A DNA stretch of 64,000 nucleotides from Octopus sinensis (lineage: Eukaryota): NCBI RefSeq assembly GCF_006345805.1, contig NC_043013.1, positions 1,364,001-1,428,000 on the forward strand. The letters are read 5' to 3'. Positions 40,805 to 55,134 of the stretch are shown in pieces. The translations under genes were made by a program, and so were the position numbers. The notes under the pieces were generated by a model. It was given only the letters and a program-made list of their open reading frames with translations, was not told the DNA's origin and did no database searches. Position 1 is the stretch's first letter; every line of letters starts with the position of its first letter.

Positions 40805-41653
40805 GGCTTTTGCTTTGTATTTGTACAATTTGATTCCAAGTCTTACCCAGAGACCGCAAGAGACAACGAGTTAGAAGTTCATGTTGGTGTAATACCTAAG
40901 GTGTCATACATTTGGTTTTGCATATAGTGTTGTTCTAGAGAATGTTCAAGAAAACGTAAGAAAATTATGAGTTTGTTTTAAAATTTGAGATTACATAGAC
41001 AGTAATTTATGTAGGACATGGGCAGTTCCCATGAGCACTACCTTTTGAATTTCTGCCATTTTGGGGTTTCCTGGTATTTGAAATAGGTAGGAATCAGCCC
41101 CTTTTGCTACCATTCCTAGGGCACCTATGACAACAATTATTATTAAGTGAGAGAGCAGCGCATGCCATCAAGGTGACACTGGGGTACAAATATACATAGC
41201 CCAATATACCTATTATGATTACCCGTCTGATAAGGGTACACTGGGCACATGCATCACAACCATGTGTGCGCGACATGGTGATCCCATATGAAAATAAACA
41301 GCGTATGACCTTGCAGTTAGAAATATCTTCAGGTCTAGTAACCCATCTCACTCAAAAAGTCCCTGAATAAGGTTTGTTTAAGGATGATTAATGAAACACC
41401 CACGTTTTGAGGGATGAAACATTCAAATCCCAAGGATTCCTCTCAGCACATGAATATCATGCTCCTACATTATTCTTGCTCTTTATCAGAGCTGCACATA
41501 TCGTTAGCTACTAAGGGACATGCTCAACTGACAAGCAAATAAATCCCTGGTATTGAGCAGAATATTTGCTGCAGCCCAGCTTTTAGACCAAGACAAAATA
41601 TGCACATGATAACACTTCCAACCAGTTGAGATCAAATGCCACGTGAGCCACTG
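40805..41653 (-). mobile_element. Composite element copy X: ~510-bp module, (AAT) linker, R4 family-2 3' end
   Basis: 40805-41134 encodes VVIGALGMVAKG..EIQKVVLMGTAHVLHKLLSM* plus 3' UTR; the module at 41145-41653 matches 18945-19490 and 58671-59082. Confidence 0.8.
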
Positions 41654-41671
41654 AGGAATTATTATTATTAT

Positions 41672-42470
41672 ATGAAGGTGGCGAACTGGCAGAAACGTTA
41701 GCACGCCGGGCGAAATGCGTAGCCGTATTTCGTCTGCCGTTACGTTCTGAGTTCAAATTCCGCCGATGTTGACTTTGTCTTTCATCCTTTCGGGGTCCAT
41801 AAATTAAGTACCAGTTACGCACTGGGGTCGATGTAATCTACCTAATCCCTTTGTCTGTCCTTGTTTGTCTCCTCTATGTTTAGCCCCTTGTAGGTAATAA
41901 AGGAATTGAAATAGGTATTTCATCTGCTGCTACGTTCTGAGTTCAAATTCCGCCGGATCGACTTTGCCTTTCATCCTTTCGGGGTCGATTAAATAAGTAC
42001 TAGCTACGCAATGGGGTCGATGTAATCGACTTAATTCCTTTTTCCAAATTTGAGGCCTTGTGCTTCCAGTAGGAATGATTATTATTAATGTTGTTGTTAA
42101 GGCAGTGAGGAGGTAGAATCGTTATCATGAAGGGCGAAATGTTTATCGGCATTTCGTCAGTCCTTACGTTCTGAGTTCAAATTCTGCCGAACTCAATTTT
42201 TCCTTTCATCCTTTCCGGGATCGATAAAATACGTACCAGTTGAATACTGGGGTCAGTGCAATCGAGTAAACCCTTCTCCCCTAATTCGAGGCCTTGCGCC
42301 CTTGACAAAAAGGATTATTTTTATTGTTATTGCGACATTTGTTCCATCTCTTTGCCTTCTCTGCTCAAATCACTTGCGGTCATTTTACCTTTCATCGTTT
42401 CGGGGTCGAGAAAAGGAAGAACCAGACAAGTACTGGAGTCAGTGGTAGCAACTGATCCACTCTTGGGGTA
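41672..42470 (+). mobile_element. Head-to-tail cluster of about four SINE family B copies/fragments
   Basis: Repeated ttctgagttcaaatt..tttcatcctttc.gggg blocks near 41750, 41935 and 42170, plus a fragment at ~42390. Confidence 0.85.
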
Positions 42471-42701
42471 AAGATTGTTTGCCAACATAACATAGCAGTC
42501 CTGGTTTAGGACGAGTGTTGCTGTAATTTAGCCCCAGGAGACATTGTCTCCTGCTGGCTATACGACACAATCTTGCTCAAAATATATAAGGACACAGATC
42601 GTGTCATATAGCCAGCTGGAGACGATGTCTTCTGGGGCTAAATTACAGCAACATTCGTCCTAAACCAGGACTGCCATGTTATGTTGACAAACAATCTTTA
42701 C
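42468..42701. mobile_element. Foldback MITE: 106-bp arms (8 mismatches) around a 22-nt spacer
   Basis: Arms 42468-42573 and 42596-42701 are reverse complements. Confidence 0.9.
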
Positions 42702-42769
42702 TACAAAGTATTGTTGCTGAATATCTCATGTTGTGAGATTTAAAAATAGTGATCCACTCCTTTCCCCCT

Positions 42770-43190
42770 TTTACTCGCTTCAGTCATCATTAGATCGTGG
42801 CCATGCTGGAGCACCACCTTGAATTTTAGACAAACGAATCGACCCTAGTATTTACTTTTTAAGCCTTGTACTTATTTTATCGGACCCTTTTGCTGAACCG
42901 CTATATTACGAAGACGTAAACGCATCCACACCAGTTGTAAAACGGTGGAGGGGGACAAACACAAACACACGTACTCATACACGCATGCATGCGCACTCAC
43001 ATACACGCACACACATGTACACACACATGCACACACTCATATGACGAGCTTCTTTCAGCTTCCGTCTACCAAATCCACTCGCAAGGCTTTGGTCGGGCCA
43101 AAGCTATCGTGGGAAACGATAGCCAAAGGAGCCACGCAGTGAGACTGAACGTGGAACCATGTTGTTTCAATCTTCTTACTGCCTAGCCAC
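42770..43190 (-). mobile_element. SINE family A
   Basis: Tail, core and degenerate head. Confidence 0.8.
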
Positions 43191-43330
43191 ACCTTAAAAT
43201 TTTGAAACGTTGTGCTTAAATGAGAAATAAGTGTCAACTGCGAGGCATTATTCAGATGACACAAACACTATGAACGTAATAAAGAGAAAACGTAAAGCAT
43301 GCTGTTTGCCCTAAGTTTTTTTTTTAAATA

Positions 43331-45535
43331 GGCGCAGGTGTGGCTGTGTGGTAAGTAGCTTGCTTACCTTACAACTGAAGAGTTCGTGCTGCTTAAGTCA
43401 CGTCTTTCGACGTGAAATATTGTACGTTTGAAGCTCGACTACAGGTAGGCGTTTGTTTTATTTTGGGGGGCTTAGTGGAGTTTGTTGCTCTGTATTTAAT
43501 AATTTTTGTTGAGCAACAATCTCCACTCTGCTCCAGACATTTGCCTGCCTGTGGTCGTGCGAAAAGCCTCACTTTGCAGTGAGAATTGTGCTTTTGAGGA
43601 GGCGTATCCCCTCCACAAATTTTCTTTTGTGAAAATTCTACTTGTGTGACTGTATTCGTGTGACTGGAAGTTCCATTGGAATTACCACAGGCAAGGAGTA
43701 CGAGGACAGCAAGAATTAATTTGTGTGCTGCGAAGGTGAACTAGAGTACCTTTATTCTTGTGGATTACCAGAGTGGCGGAATTGTGTTGCCGTGAATTGA
43801 ACTCTCTTCCTTCGTTCCCATTCTCTGCTCTGTCTTTCTGTTCTTTTTTGTGTTTTTATTGAACTTTTCTGAACTTTGTGTTGAACCTTTTTTGGAGACT
43901 TTCTATGTTTTTGCAAGTATGGCAACAGAGAAGGGTACTGTGCTGGAGTGGGAAATTTTACCCCCTAAGCAGTGGATAAAGGACCGTAATGAGAGAACGG
44001 TGGTGTTGAGGACATATTCCAAGTCCCTCGACACCATCACTGTGTTCCCTCAGGTCGAGATAGAGAAAGAGTTGGCAGAATACCAGCCAACTATCAAGTT
44101 TATTGCAAGGGTTGTAAAATTTGCAACAGTGTGGGTGCTATTTGACACCCCTGAGGAGGCTCACATTTTTGCTAACCAACCGCTGGAAGAGAAAAAAATT
44201 TTTGTTTCTCCCCACATATCGTGGGAAGAAATTGACAAGTGTCTGGGTGTGTGGGCTGACACACCCAGAGGACACTATCCGCCGGGGTCTGGGTGGCAGC
44301 GGAACCAGGCTCTTAAATGTTAAAATGCTTCCTGTGGCTGATTGGGTGGGGTCGAAAGCAATTTTGACCCTATGGACCCATCAGCCAAAGATCTGGCTTT
44401 TCCAGATTTCTTAAAGATGGCCGGTTCTAGGTATCCGGTGATCCTTGAGGGACGCCCCCCCCCAAGTGTCACCTGGAATCGGGCCACATAAAGAAGAACT
44501 GCTCCAAGAACCAAGCAAGGGTACTGGAGCAGTTAATAGATCTCCCTGTCCTCCCAAGAGAGGTTCCTGAATCTCTAGCGGAGGGAGAGGTAGAGAAAGT
44601 CGAGGGGGAGGTAAACTCCCCGAAAACAAAAGGAAAAAAAAGAAAGGTGGACAACAATGGTTGCACACCAATGGATCCTGAGGCGGCGGGAGGTAAGGAG
44701 GGATTTCCGAATATGACGGAAGAACTCCACCTTCTCGTCGTAAACAAAAAGAAAAAAAGGAAAAGGAAAAACGACGCATCGCCGGCGGTTGCTGGTGCAC
44801 CGGTGGCATGTTCCGAAACCCATTCGGTGGAACGTGATCCACTGGAAGAAGACCCCCTCCCAGTAGAAATGTTGAAGAACATGTGATTTTCTATCTCAGG
44901 GGAGGGGCTATAGAGAATTATATAGAAAGTTCCTTTGATAGTCGGGACCTGATAGACTCGACTTGTATTCCAGAGTGGCTGCTCGGGTACTGGAAGAAAG
45001 GAACCTCTACCATATAATGGACTCCTTCTCAAAGAAAGAATACAGAACATGTTTATGGGCCCCCAACTTGCGGTTCCTGGAATGCCTGCAGGAGGCAAGA
45101 AAGTTTATTAAGGGCTCATTTATGTAACAGGCTTATCGCCTATTAAATTGTTTTCAATTGTAGTGGACTTTTTAGTCCATAAAGTGTAAAAATTGTAAGA
45201 GGGTTAATACCTCATTCAGTATTTTTTAAAAAAAGAACAATGTTTTAGAGGAGCAAAAGTCGGCGGACGCTTTTCGTCTTCTCCCATCCTTATCATCCTT
45301 GTATCATTATCATTCACCTCATTAATGCCCGTGTCCAGCCCGCAAGCTACCTTACTCTATGTACTGCCTTTATGGCAAATTCGATAAAATAAAATAGATT
45401 GCTTACCAAACACATGATTCCGGGTTCAGTCCCACTGCGTGGTACCTTGGGCAAATGTCTTTTATAGCCTCGGGCCAACCAACGCCTTGTGAGAGGATTT
45501 GGTAGACAGAAACTGAAAGAAGCTTATCGTATATA
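43331..45535 (+). mobile_element. SINE family A split by a 2-kb insertion (head 43331-43368, remainder 45399-45535)
   Basis: Head stops at ttgcttacc and resumes after a second ttgcttacc with aaacacatgattccgggttcagtccc. Confidence 0.85.
43369..45398 (+). mobile_element. Non-autonomous L1/Tx1-like LINE derivative: 5' UTR, frameshifted ORF1, short remnant, 3' UTR and A-rich tail
   Basis: 9-bp TSD TTGCTTACC (43360-43368, 45399-45407); tail ataaaataaaat. ORF1-like text MATEKGTVLEWE..TVWVLFDTPEEAHIF..PTYRGKKLTSVWVCG plus a KKKKRKRK segment; no RT recognisable. Clade is inferred. Confidence 0.65.
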
Positions 45536-46189
45536 TATATATATATATATATTGAAAAAAAGGTTTGAAAATGCAATTTAAACGATGTTTATTTACTTAA
45601 CCGTTTCACACTCTTTGGTAAAATTGTCAAAAGTAACATTGAATATTATGGGTTCAAAAAAAGTTTTTTACATAATTGTCACATTGAATATTATGAATTC
45701 AAAAATGTTTTTTTATACATAATTGTCACATTACATGTATAAAATAGTATAAAAAAGTTCAATAGTGTGATGAGAATTTTGTAAAAATTGGCAGAAAAGA
45801 ATAAAACAATATATTATTGGAAATTTGTTTGCGTTAATTATTGGTTGTGTCGCAAATTGTCACATTACATGTATATATATACAGTCTTTGGTAGAAAGGA
45901 CATGTTAAAGACATAAGGAAGTGTAATAGTTTGGTGAGAAAGCTTGTAATATTGACAGAGAAAATTAAAATGGATATTTTAGACATCTCAGAATATTTTG
46001 AATCGAAGGCGAGAATTTGTTTTTTACTGACCTGTTTGTTTCAGCAGAAAAGTTGAATTGAGAGAAAAAAAGATGTGTACCCAGTTTGGTTTATACTTCC
46101 CCTTCAAGCATCAGTGATTTTGGGGTTATTGGGAGGTGAGTATGCGGGTGTGAATAGATGTGTCCGTGTGCCTGCTGGTCAGACAGCGT

Positions 46190-46272
46190 CTGTTTGTCAC
46201 ACACATATATACACACCCACAACAACAACAACACACACACACATAGTATACAAACACACACCACATACACAC

Positions 46273-46309
<37 letters not shown>

Positions 46310-46860
46310 CACTCACACACACACAACGCACCCACATATATAATATATACACACAGCACACAAATATAACATGTATTTATATATAATATACACACATATA
46401 TAACACATACACACACAACACACACACACACTAACACACACACACAACACACGCACACATATATACATAATATAAATATCACACAAATACACCTAGCATA
46501 TATATACACATACACAGCATGTATATAATACACATACACAATATATGCATGCAATATACATACGCAATACATACATATAATATATATATATAGACAATGC
46601 ATATACATATATACATATATACATATAAATAGTGTTTACATACACATACATAGATATACCACATATACACACAATATACATACATACAATGCATACACAT
46701 ACACGTACGCATACATATAATATATATAGACACACACACACATAACATACATATACAATGCATACATATATATACACGCAACGCATATACATGTATTCAT
46801 GTATATATAGCACACCTACAATATACATATATACAATGCACACATTGTATAGTAGAGACT
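46190..46860. repeat. Long degenerate (CA)/(TA) low-complexity tract
   Basis: Direct reading. Confidence 0.9.
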
Positions 46861-46940
46861 ATACAATGTAGAGACACCCGATCAAACTACTTCCCACACA
46901 GCCACTCCTTCGCCTATACACACACACACACACACGCGCG

Positions 46941-46988
<48 letters not shown>

Positions 46989-47569
46989 CACATGCATATA
47001 CCAAAAATTTACATCCGATTGATTTCTGTTCCTTAAAGTTAGTTGTTGTCAGCGACGCAGTTATGCAGCAGACTTCCTGTTTTCCAGATTGTTTAGCTCC
47101 ATGTTGACTCACTGAGTACACGTGATGTAAGGCAATGTTAGTGCAACACTAGTACATTAGTACCTTTTTTTTTTTTTTTGCTAAGACTCTAGGTGTTGAT
47201 TTGGGCAGATTTAACTTCTGAGTCCAGAAGGTCAAGAGAATGCGGAGAGCTTTTTGGCTCACCATGTTGTTGTTGTTGCTGTTTAAGCTCAGCTCATGCC
47301 CGATCGAGCAAAAGTAGCATCAAACATGTTCCATTAATATTTTGAATTCTTTTTAGCGGGTTGTAGGACTATATTAATGAGTCCTTTCTGTTTGAAAGAT
47401 AGAATTCGATTGGAAGGAAATTTAACAGTGACGTCCACTCCACTCGCGCGTCTGCCTACAGACATTCTCGTTGGTTTGTGGGTTTTCAGTGAAACAAGGA
47501 TTCTGTAGCCTAAAGATTTGGTTGTGAGACATATAGAACTGGCTATTTAAAAACTTCACAACCGTTGTA

Positions 47570-48380
47570 ATAACCCCTGGAATTTTGGGAGAGGGGTCTA
47601 GTCGATTATATCGACCTCATCGACTGGCTTTTATTTTATCGACTCCGGAAGGATGAAAAGCAAAGTCGACCTCGGCGGAATTTGAACTCGTATCGTAAAG
47701 ATGGACGATATGTCGTTAAGTATTTTGTCCGGTGAGCTAAAGATTCTACCAGCTGGCCGGCTGATGACATCTTTGTAACAGGCACATGCCATCAGTAATT
47801 ACTCAGGGTAGGCAGTTGACGACCTTCATGTAATAAAACACACAAAAAATAAGCAAAACACAGCGACTGAGTTGAAAGCAGATCTATTTCTACCTTTATA
47901 GCACTTAAAGAAAATGGTGCTGTAGAAATGTACGCAGCAATTCTACGCATATCTTTAATACTGAGATTGAAAAGCAGGGGCGAATTATGCCGACCTAATC
48001 TACAAAAATATATATATATATAAAATTAAATAAATATATAAAATTAAATAAATAAAAACATTTTGCATTTTATGCAGATTAATCAGAGTAACCTTTAAAA
48101 TTTTATTTAATTAGGGGAATATTTTGCCGTGAGAGGAAAATGTTGCTATCGATTTATTTTATGCATACCTTGCCTACCCAGGCAGCACATCCCTGCTTTG
48201 AAATAATCTTTTCTACTATAGGCACAAAGCCTGAAACTTTAGGGAAGGGGGTGCTAGTCGATTACATCGACCCCAGTGTATAACTGGTATTTATTTCATC
48301 GACACCGAAAAGATGGAAGGCAAAGTCGACCGTGGCAGAATTTCGAATTAGGATGTAAGGACAGACGAAATGCCGATCTT
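47570..48380 (-). mobile_element. Two SINE family B copies (47570-47760, 48205-48380)
   Basis: Family B consensus, reverse strand. Confidence 0.8.
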
Positions 48381-49420
48381 ATCATGTTTCGGATACACTT
48401 GAAAGAATAATAACATAAATATCAAATTAAGTGTGAAATGTTCACAAAATTACAAAGCAATAGGCAGACTATTCTTAGCAACGAACAAAATACTCGACCA
48501 AGCGTGAAGTTGTTTACAAAGTTACAAAGTAACTAAGGAGTGGATTATGACGGGAAGAGTATTGTACTTCAGTAATATTATGCGAAGGTACAAAGTGACC
48601 CATATATATGATAAACGTAGTTGTATCGAGAATAGAGCTATCATAACGAAATGCAGCACTGTATTGAAATACTTCAAGCATCCAATGAAGTTAAAATTGA
48701 AATATGAATTGTGTAGAGTATTGTATAAGGCTGACTGACCTTTTCATTCCACAGCTTCTCCGGATTGAAACGTCTTTCCCTGAATCGGCCCTCAATCGAG
48801 AGATTTATGTTATAGATTTAGTAGGATGAACAAAACATATAAAATATTATTTATTTATATCCAGTGACACAATTAGTAAATAACTAGACCAGCAACTATA
48901 AAAAGTAGTTGTTGTATTGTGGAGTAGTCGAGCTGTTTCGAACGTTCCAAAGAACCGCAATTTTATAGGAATGGAGAAATGAGAGTGTAACATGTATAAC
49001 ATCGTAAAAGAACTTGCACCCACACGAAAATCAGAATCACCTATGTCTCCTATGTACACTTTAAACTTGTGGGGAGGAGGATAATTTCCTTTAGACCTTT
49101 CGAGACTCTCCCGGGCTTGTGAGTCTGACGCAGTTGATGTGTAGCGCGAACATTTCCAGATCAATTTTTCCAGAAAAGCGCCAGCAGAGAAGGAATCTCA
49201 GAAAAGTGAAGTTACAGTTCTTAGGGATAGGGATAAGATAAATGGTTTCTTTCGTGATCTGGAAGATAAGCGACAGTGAATGTGACAGGAAGAAAAGTGG
49301 CGGCAATGCCTGAGGGATCTGGACAGTGGTGATGCACAGATAGCTGGTGGAGAAAAGCAAAATCTATTGAAGTAGCAAAATCTGTTGAAGTATCAATGCG
49401 AAAGCATCCTGTATTGTAGA

Positions 49421-49438
49421 GACGTATGGCGTTGTGGT

Positions 49439-49527
<89 letters not shown>

Positions 49528-49538
49528 TAATAATAATG

Positions 49539-49593
<55 letters not shown>

Positions 49594-49640
49594 TAATAAT
49601 AATAATAATAATAATAACAACATCGAAAAATACTTGTGTA
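49421..49640 (+). repeat. (AAT)n tract between a truncated tRNA-like head (gtatggcgttgtggtta) and catcgaaaaata
   Basis: The same right flank (cgtcgaaaaata) follows the (AAT)n at 19490-19590. Confidence 0.6.
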
Positions 49641-49689
49641 GCAGGCGGCATATCTGAAAGAGCCACCACAAACAACAGCAATCCTAAGA

Positions 49690-49950
49690 CAGCTCCCTTT
49701 GTTCATCCTACCACTGTGACATATCAGCCATGTTCATCCTTACCAAAGGCCTCTGCAAAATCGAGATATACAGTAATCCTTCGACTATTGCGAGTATTGC
49801 ATTTCAAAAATAAACCCACGGTAGATGAAAATTTGTGAAGTAGAAACGGTACTGTATATGATACAGTAATTGCAAGACAACGCCTCCCGAGTTTCGTTTT
49901 CCATACAATTTGTGCGATTCTTTGTTTACTCACCTACGCTACACTAAGTA
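49690..49950 (-). mobile_element. CR1/L2-like RT relic
   Basis: TVYLDFAEAFGK resembles VYLDFsKAFD. Confidence 0.4.
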
Positions 49951-49959
49951 TTTTCTTTT

Positions 49960-50645
49960 AATATATTCCAATTAGTGTGAGAAGATTTGGGCCTCAACGT
50001 AACCAACAAATAAGTTGGCAAAATTGAGACCCGTTCTCGTTTCCATAGTGACGTCAGACGTTGCTGGTAAATCTCTGCTGTGAACGTAAAGCAGCTGAGC
50101 ACGAGGACGAGTTCTGCTAGGCGGAGAAGTGTGGAGACGATGATGTAGGGTCGGGGTGACGGTCGAGGAAGTATTGAAGGGCTAAGAGGCCGTCGTTGTG
50201 GGGGATCACAGTGTACAAGGATTTTATGTCCATGATGAAAAGGAGGCGTGAAGGGCCGGGAGGGAAGGTGAAGGAATTGAAGAGGCGAAGGGCGTGGTTG
50301 GTGTCATATATATGAGACGGGGGTGCAGCGACTAAAGGGGAAAGGACTGAAGTCGAAATATTTGGAAATGAGTTCTGTGGGGCAGTTACCAACGGAAACA
50401 AAAGGATAGCTGGGGTTATCAGGCTTGTAGATTTTGGGAAGGAAATAGATGGTGGAGGTACGGGGGAGAGAGTTCGGACGATGAGGTTGGTAGCGGTAGC
50501 ATGTAGGGTAGAAGATGAGCGAGGTCATAGATGGTGGAGGACACACGCTGCTGGTGGGAGGGAGAGGGATCGGAGGAGAGGAAGTGATATAATATGGGGT
50601 TCCGAAGTTGACGGAGCGCTTCCTCCTTGCACAGGTCGGCACGCC
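49960..50645 (-). mobile_element. Penelope-like reverse transcriptase relic
   Basis: YFLPKIYKPDNP..PFVS..CPTELISKYFD and LLFIMDIKSLYTVIPHNDGL motifs, frameshifted. Confidence 0.85.
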
Positions 50646-50655
50646 AGAGAGAGAA

Positions 50656-50733
<78 letters not shown>

Positions 50734-51196
50734 CGAAATTTGGCTGAAGTTCGTCACGCATGGACCGCACACACACAAATATAAATCTATGCATATATCC
50801 GTCTACCTCTCCTTCCTTTTCTTTTCTCTCTCTTTCTCATTATATATGTTTCTGTTAATTTGAATATAAATATTGCCATTTATGAAATATTTCTATGGCT
50901 GGCCGACGTATATTAAAATTTAAATATATTGTCAGTAAAGTTAATGTAGCGTGTATTTAAATTCTATGTAGTTAAACTAGTTTTTATCGTTTAAGTTGTT
51001 AGAATTAACAGATGTAAATAAATCTTGTGTGTGTATGTGTGTTTATACATACACTTGTGTGTATGTATGTGCGTGTGAATATGTATATATTTATATATTT
51101 ATATGCTTGGATATGTTTACATGTATACAGATTTAGGCATACATATGCATATACATGGGGGATCTGTTCAGTTTGGCTCACAGATCAAATCTTTTT

Positions 51197-51814
<618 letters not shown>

Positions 51815-51879
51815 TACCGTGAAAATTGTCTGAAGCTCGTTATTCATCCATAAGAAATGCATATTTCCTTTATTTAGTT

Positions 51880-52500
51880 CTCTCCGTGTCATGAGGTACA
51901 TAAGGCCACAGCACGATCTCTCCAAGCAGCTCTGTTTTCTGTTATTGTTCTGGTCTCATTGCAACTTCACCTTTCTCATCTCCTTTCCTTACCATTGGTT
52001 CTTCGCCATGTGATTATAAGATGCCCTGCTGCTCTCTTCCCCTCAGGCTTTCACTTTAGTGCCACCATGCAATCCCTTTCTCGATCTTGTCTGAAGATGT
52101 GTTCAATCCAGTTCCAGCATCCACATCTTAATTCGTCACAAATCCTGTTGATGTCTGCTGTCGTCTCAACTGTGTCATTTCAGACTCTTTGCAGCTACTT
52201 GATGTCAAGTATTCTTCTTAAACATTTGAATTGAAAGCTGTCTGTTGTTTTTCTTCCATTTTTGTCGCTTCCTAGTTTTCACATCCATAGAATAATTCTG
52301 GTCACACGAATTTCTTCAACAACTTCAGCTTCATTTTGCCGTCTCTACTTTTGCTTCTTCATACCTTTATTAGGTTGTGGAATGCTCTCCAGGCTTTGGA
52401 TATTCCGTTCTTTTCATTCTTCGTTGCTCCTCTGTCTTCCTTGACTGTCGCCCTGAAGTAAATAAATTCTTTGATATCTTCGACCTCGTTCTTGCCGATT
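51880..52500 (-). mobile_element. RTE-type LINE 3' relic
   Basis: WIEHIFRQ..AL.KPEGKRAAG..TWRR C-terminal motif. Confidence 0.65.
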
Positions 52501-52524
52501 CTCACACAAACTTGTTGGCCTTAT

Positions 52525-52680
52525 TCCTTAGTGTTCTGAGTTCAAATTCCACCGAGGTCGACTTTGCCTTTCATCCTTTCTGGAACGATAAATTAAGTAC
52601 CAGTGAAACACTGGGGTCGATATAATCGACTAGTCCCCTCCCCACAAATTTCAGGTCTTGTGCCTAAAGCAGAAAGGATT
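52525..52680 (+). mobile_element. SINE family B, 5'-truncated
   Basis: ttctgagttcaaattccaccgaggtcgactttgcc.. Confidence 0.85.
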
Positions 52681-53667
52681 ATTCCTTTATGTTCTACATT
52701 TTCCTGGATTGAGTTTAAGGCCGACCCAACATTTCCTTTACATTTTTATTAAGTATTTAATCACGCTACTGGCGAACATTCTGTCGGCAAATTATTTTCG
52801 CTATTACAACTAAATATTATTCTGTGAATAATTTTAATAGTATTTGCTATGAAGTTCTACTTGTAGGTTGTAGAAGGGTGGATAGAAGCTGTGTTTGTTC
52901 GCTGAAGACTACCCAGCAAGCCATGACACATACTGGGGCAGTTTCTTTCATTTTTCTGTGCAGAAGAATAACCGATTAGGTTGTGCACTTACATTACCCG
53001 TTTGTAGACATTAAAAATATATTGACAAAAAAAAAAAAGAAAAAAAACCCATTGATGTTTCCACTTTAGAGACAGCAATTAAATTGAAATACCCAAGGGA
53101 ATCGTAGCTGCTTTTGGGACAACAGAGAAAAGGGAAACAATAGAACACTCCTAGAAATGTATGTATTTATGTGTGTCATTGTTCTCTTGTACTAGCTCCT
53201 AGTGCATGTGCGATCATTTTCTTTACCTGATAAACATTAGCGGGGTCCGTATGGCTCTGGTCCATCCGCTCCATCTCTCTTAAACGTCTACAAGGGCAGA
53301 AACTACTAAGGTTGTGTTAAACATAATACATAATACAATACACAGATAAACAAATGGAATTAAATAACTATATACATTGACAAAATTAAAGATTAAAAAT
53401 AAATTTAATTAAATTAAATACAAAAAAAATAATAGAAAAAAATAATAAGTAGGTATAAACACATGAACAAAATAAATAAAAACAAATTACACGAACGTGT
53501 ATAAACAGGGGATACAGATAATACAGGCACTCCCCCCACCACATGCACTTACTAAATATAGACACACATAGGGTTATACGCATGCGCAAATAAAGACACA
53601 TACAATAGGAATACAAAATGACTGATCGTTAGTAAGGAAAGACACAAATAAGACAGAAGAAAGCAAA

Positions 53668-53712
53668 GGACCACTGATGAGGTCACAGAAGTGTGACGAA
53701 AGAACTCTGGCC
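53668..53712 (+). ncRNA. Minimal hammerhead-like motif
   Basis: GGACCA-CTGATGA-G-GTCAC(AGAAGT)GTGAC-GAAA-GAACT-C-TGGCC. Confidence 0.4.
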
Positions 53713-53943
53713 GAAATACGATTAATGTAAAAAATAAAATAAAGCTGAAGCAAATTAACAGCAAATATATTGTGTGTGTGTTTTTATTGGCTAAACTGGC
53801 AACATGACCATCCCCAAATACAACAATATATAAAGAGAATGTTTGAAAAAATCTTTTTGTCTTGTTCAATGGATGACTGAGCTTGACCTTCGGTTGACCA
53901 TAGAAGTTAAAGGCGCACACACACACACACGCACACACACACA

Positions 53944-53993
<50 letters not shown>

Positions 53994-54219
53994 TTCTGGT
54001 TGAAAACTTATTTCAGCGAGGCATTGAAAACTGGTCTTATTTTATGAAGCAAGTGAGTAAAGAAAACATTTTGAATTTATTTTTAATTATAAAATTATTA
54101 ATACATCTCTCAACAGGTTTTTTACATTCAAATGTTTCATTAAACTGAACCTTTTTTCTTTCTTAATTTTTCCTATATTTTTCCTCATTCTGAGAAACAT
54201 TTGGAATTACTATATTGAA

Positions 54220-55061
54220 GTGGGGCAAAATTAGTAACTGGGTCAAAATGGATAATTTCTGATTTCTTGTTATTTTCTCTCATTTTGCACCATTGCATCA
54301 TCTTTGGGAGTAAGAAATGGTCAGCTGCATAGTTGAGAATAAAAATTGGTCAGTATAGTTGAAATCGAGAGTTTGAAATATAGTTGACAGAGGTTATTTT
54401 CAAGAAATTTTTCCTCAAATTTGATCCGATTATAAGTGGTGTGGCTAATAAAATATCTGGATAATTTTTCGTGAAGTTATAGAGGGTGATAATGCAGTGC
54501 TATTTTTCCAAGATCCCCTTTCATTTGACCAAGATATTGCAAATTTGGTTCCATTTATGATCTTTCTGACGTCTAAGGATGTTTATTTGTATGAGCCTTT
54601 TTTTCAAAAGTAATTCTAGAAAACTGAAAAGGCACATTTATTTTATCGTGTCTTACCCAATTTGCCCCGCCTAAATTTTCTCTTATATACTCAAAGTGAA
54701 TAGTGATAATTTTCTGAAATAGTGTTCTGAATATGTTATAAGTTTTACTGCTTTAGAGAGGGTCTTTGCTTAGCTGATATTCGTTCGACAAGGTAGTGAA
54801 CATTTGTAAAACATATTTTTTTTTCAAACTCAAAAAATCCAGTAAACATAACTCATTGTGCCCCTTCCCCCTACTGGAAACTGAGAAAGCAGACTTACAG
54901 AATTTCACTGTTTTTGTCGAGATTTCCCCCACTTTCCCCCCACGCATTGTAAAACGAGGAAAAGAAGCCGTTTTAAAAGAAGAATTTTTAAAATCCATGT
55001 CTTTTGTGTGTTGGTGTCTCCACCCCCTCTCTCTCTCACTCTCTCTCTTTCTCTCCCCCTA

Positions 55062-55134
<73 letters not shown>

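Noticed and set aside
43370-43425. CTGAAGAG..GAAATA as a 5' hammerhead of the LINE derivative
   Set aside because: No credible stem II or stem III.
47260-47280. aacaacATG|gtgagc as a start-codon exon on the minus strand
   Set aside because: Lies at the edge of a dispersed repeat; no linked signal-peptide exon found.
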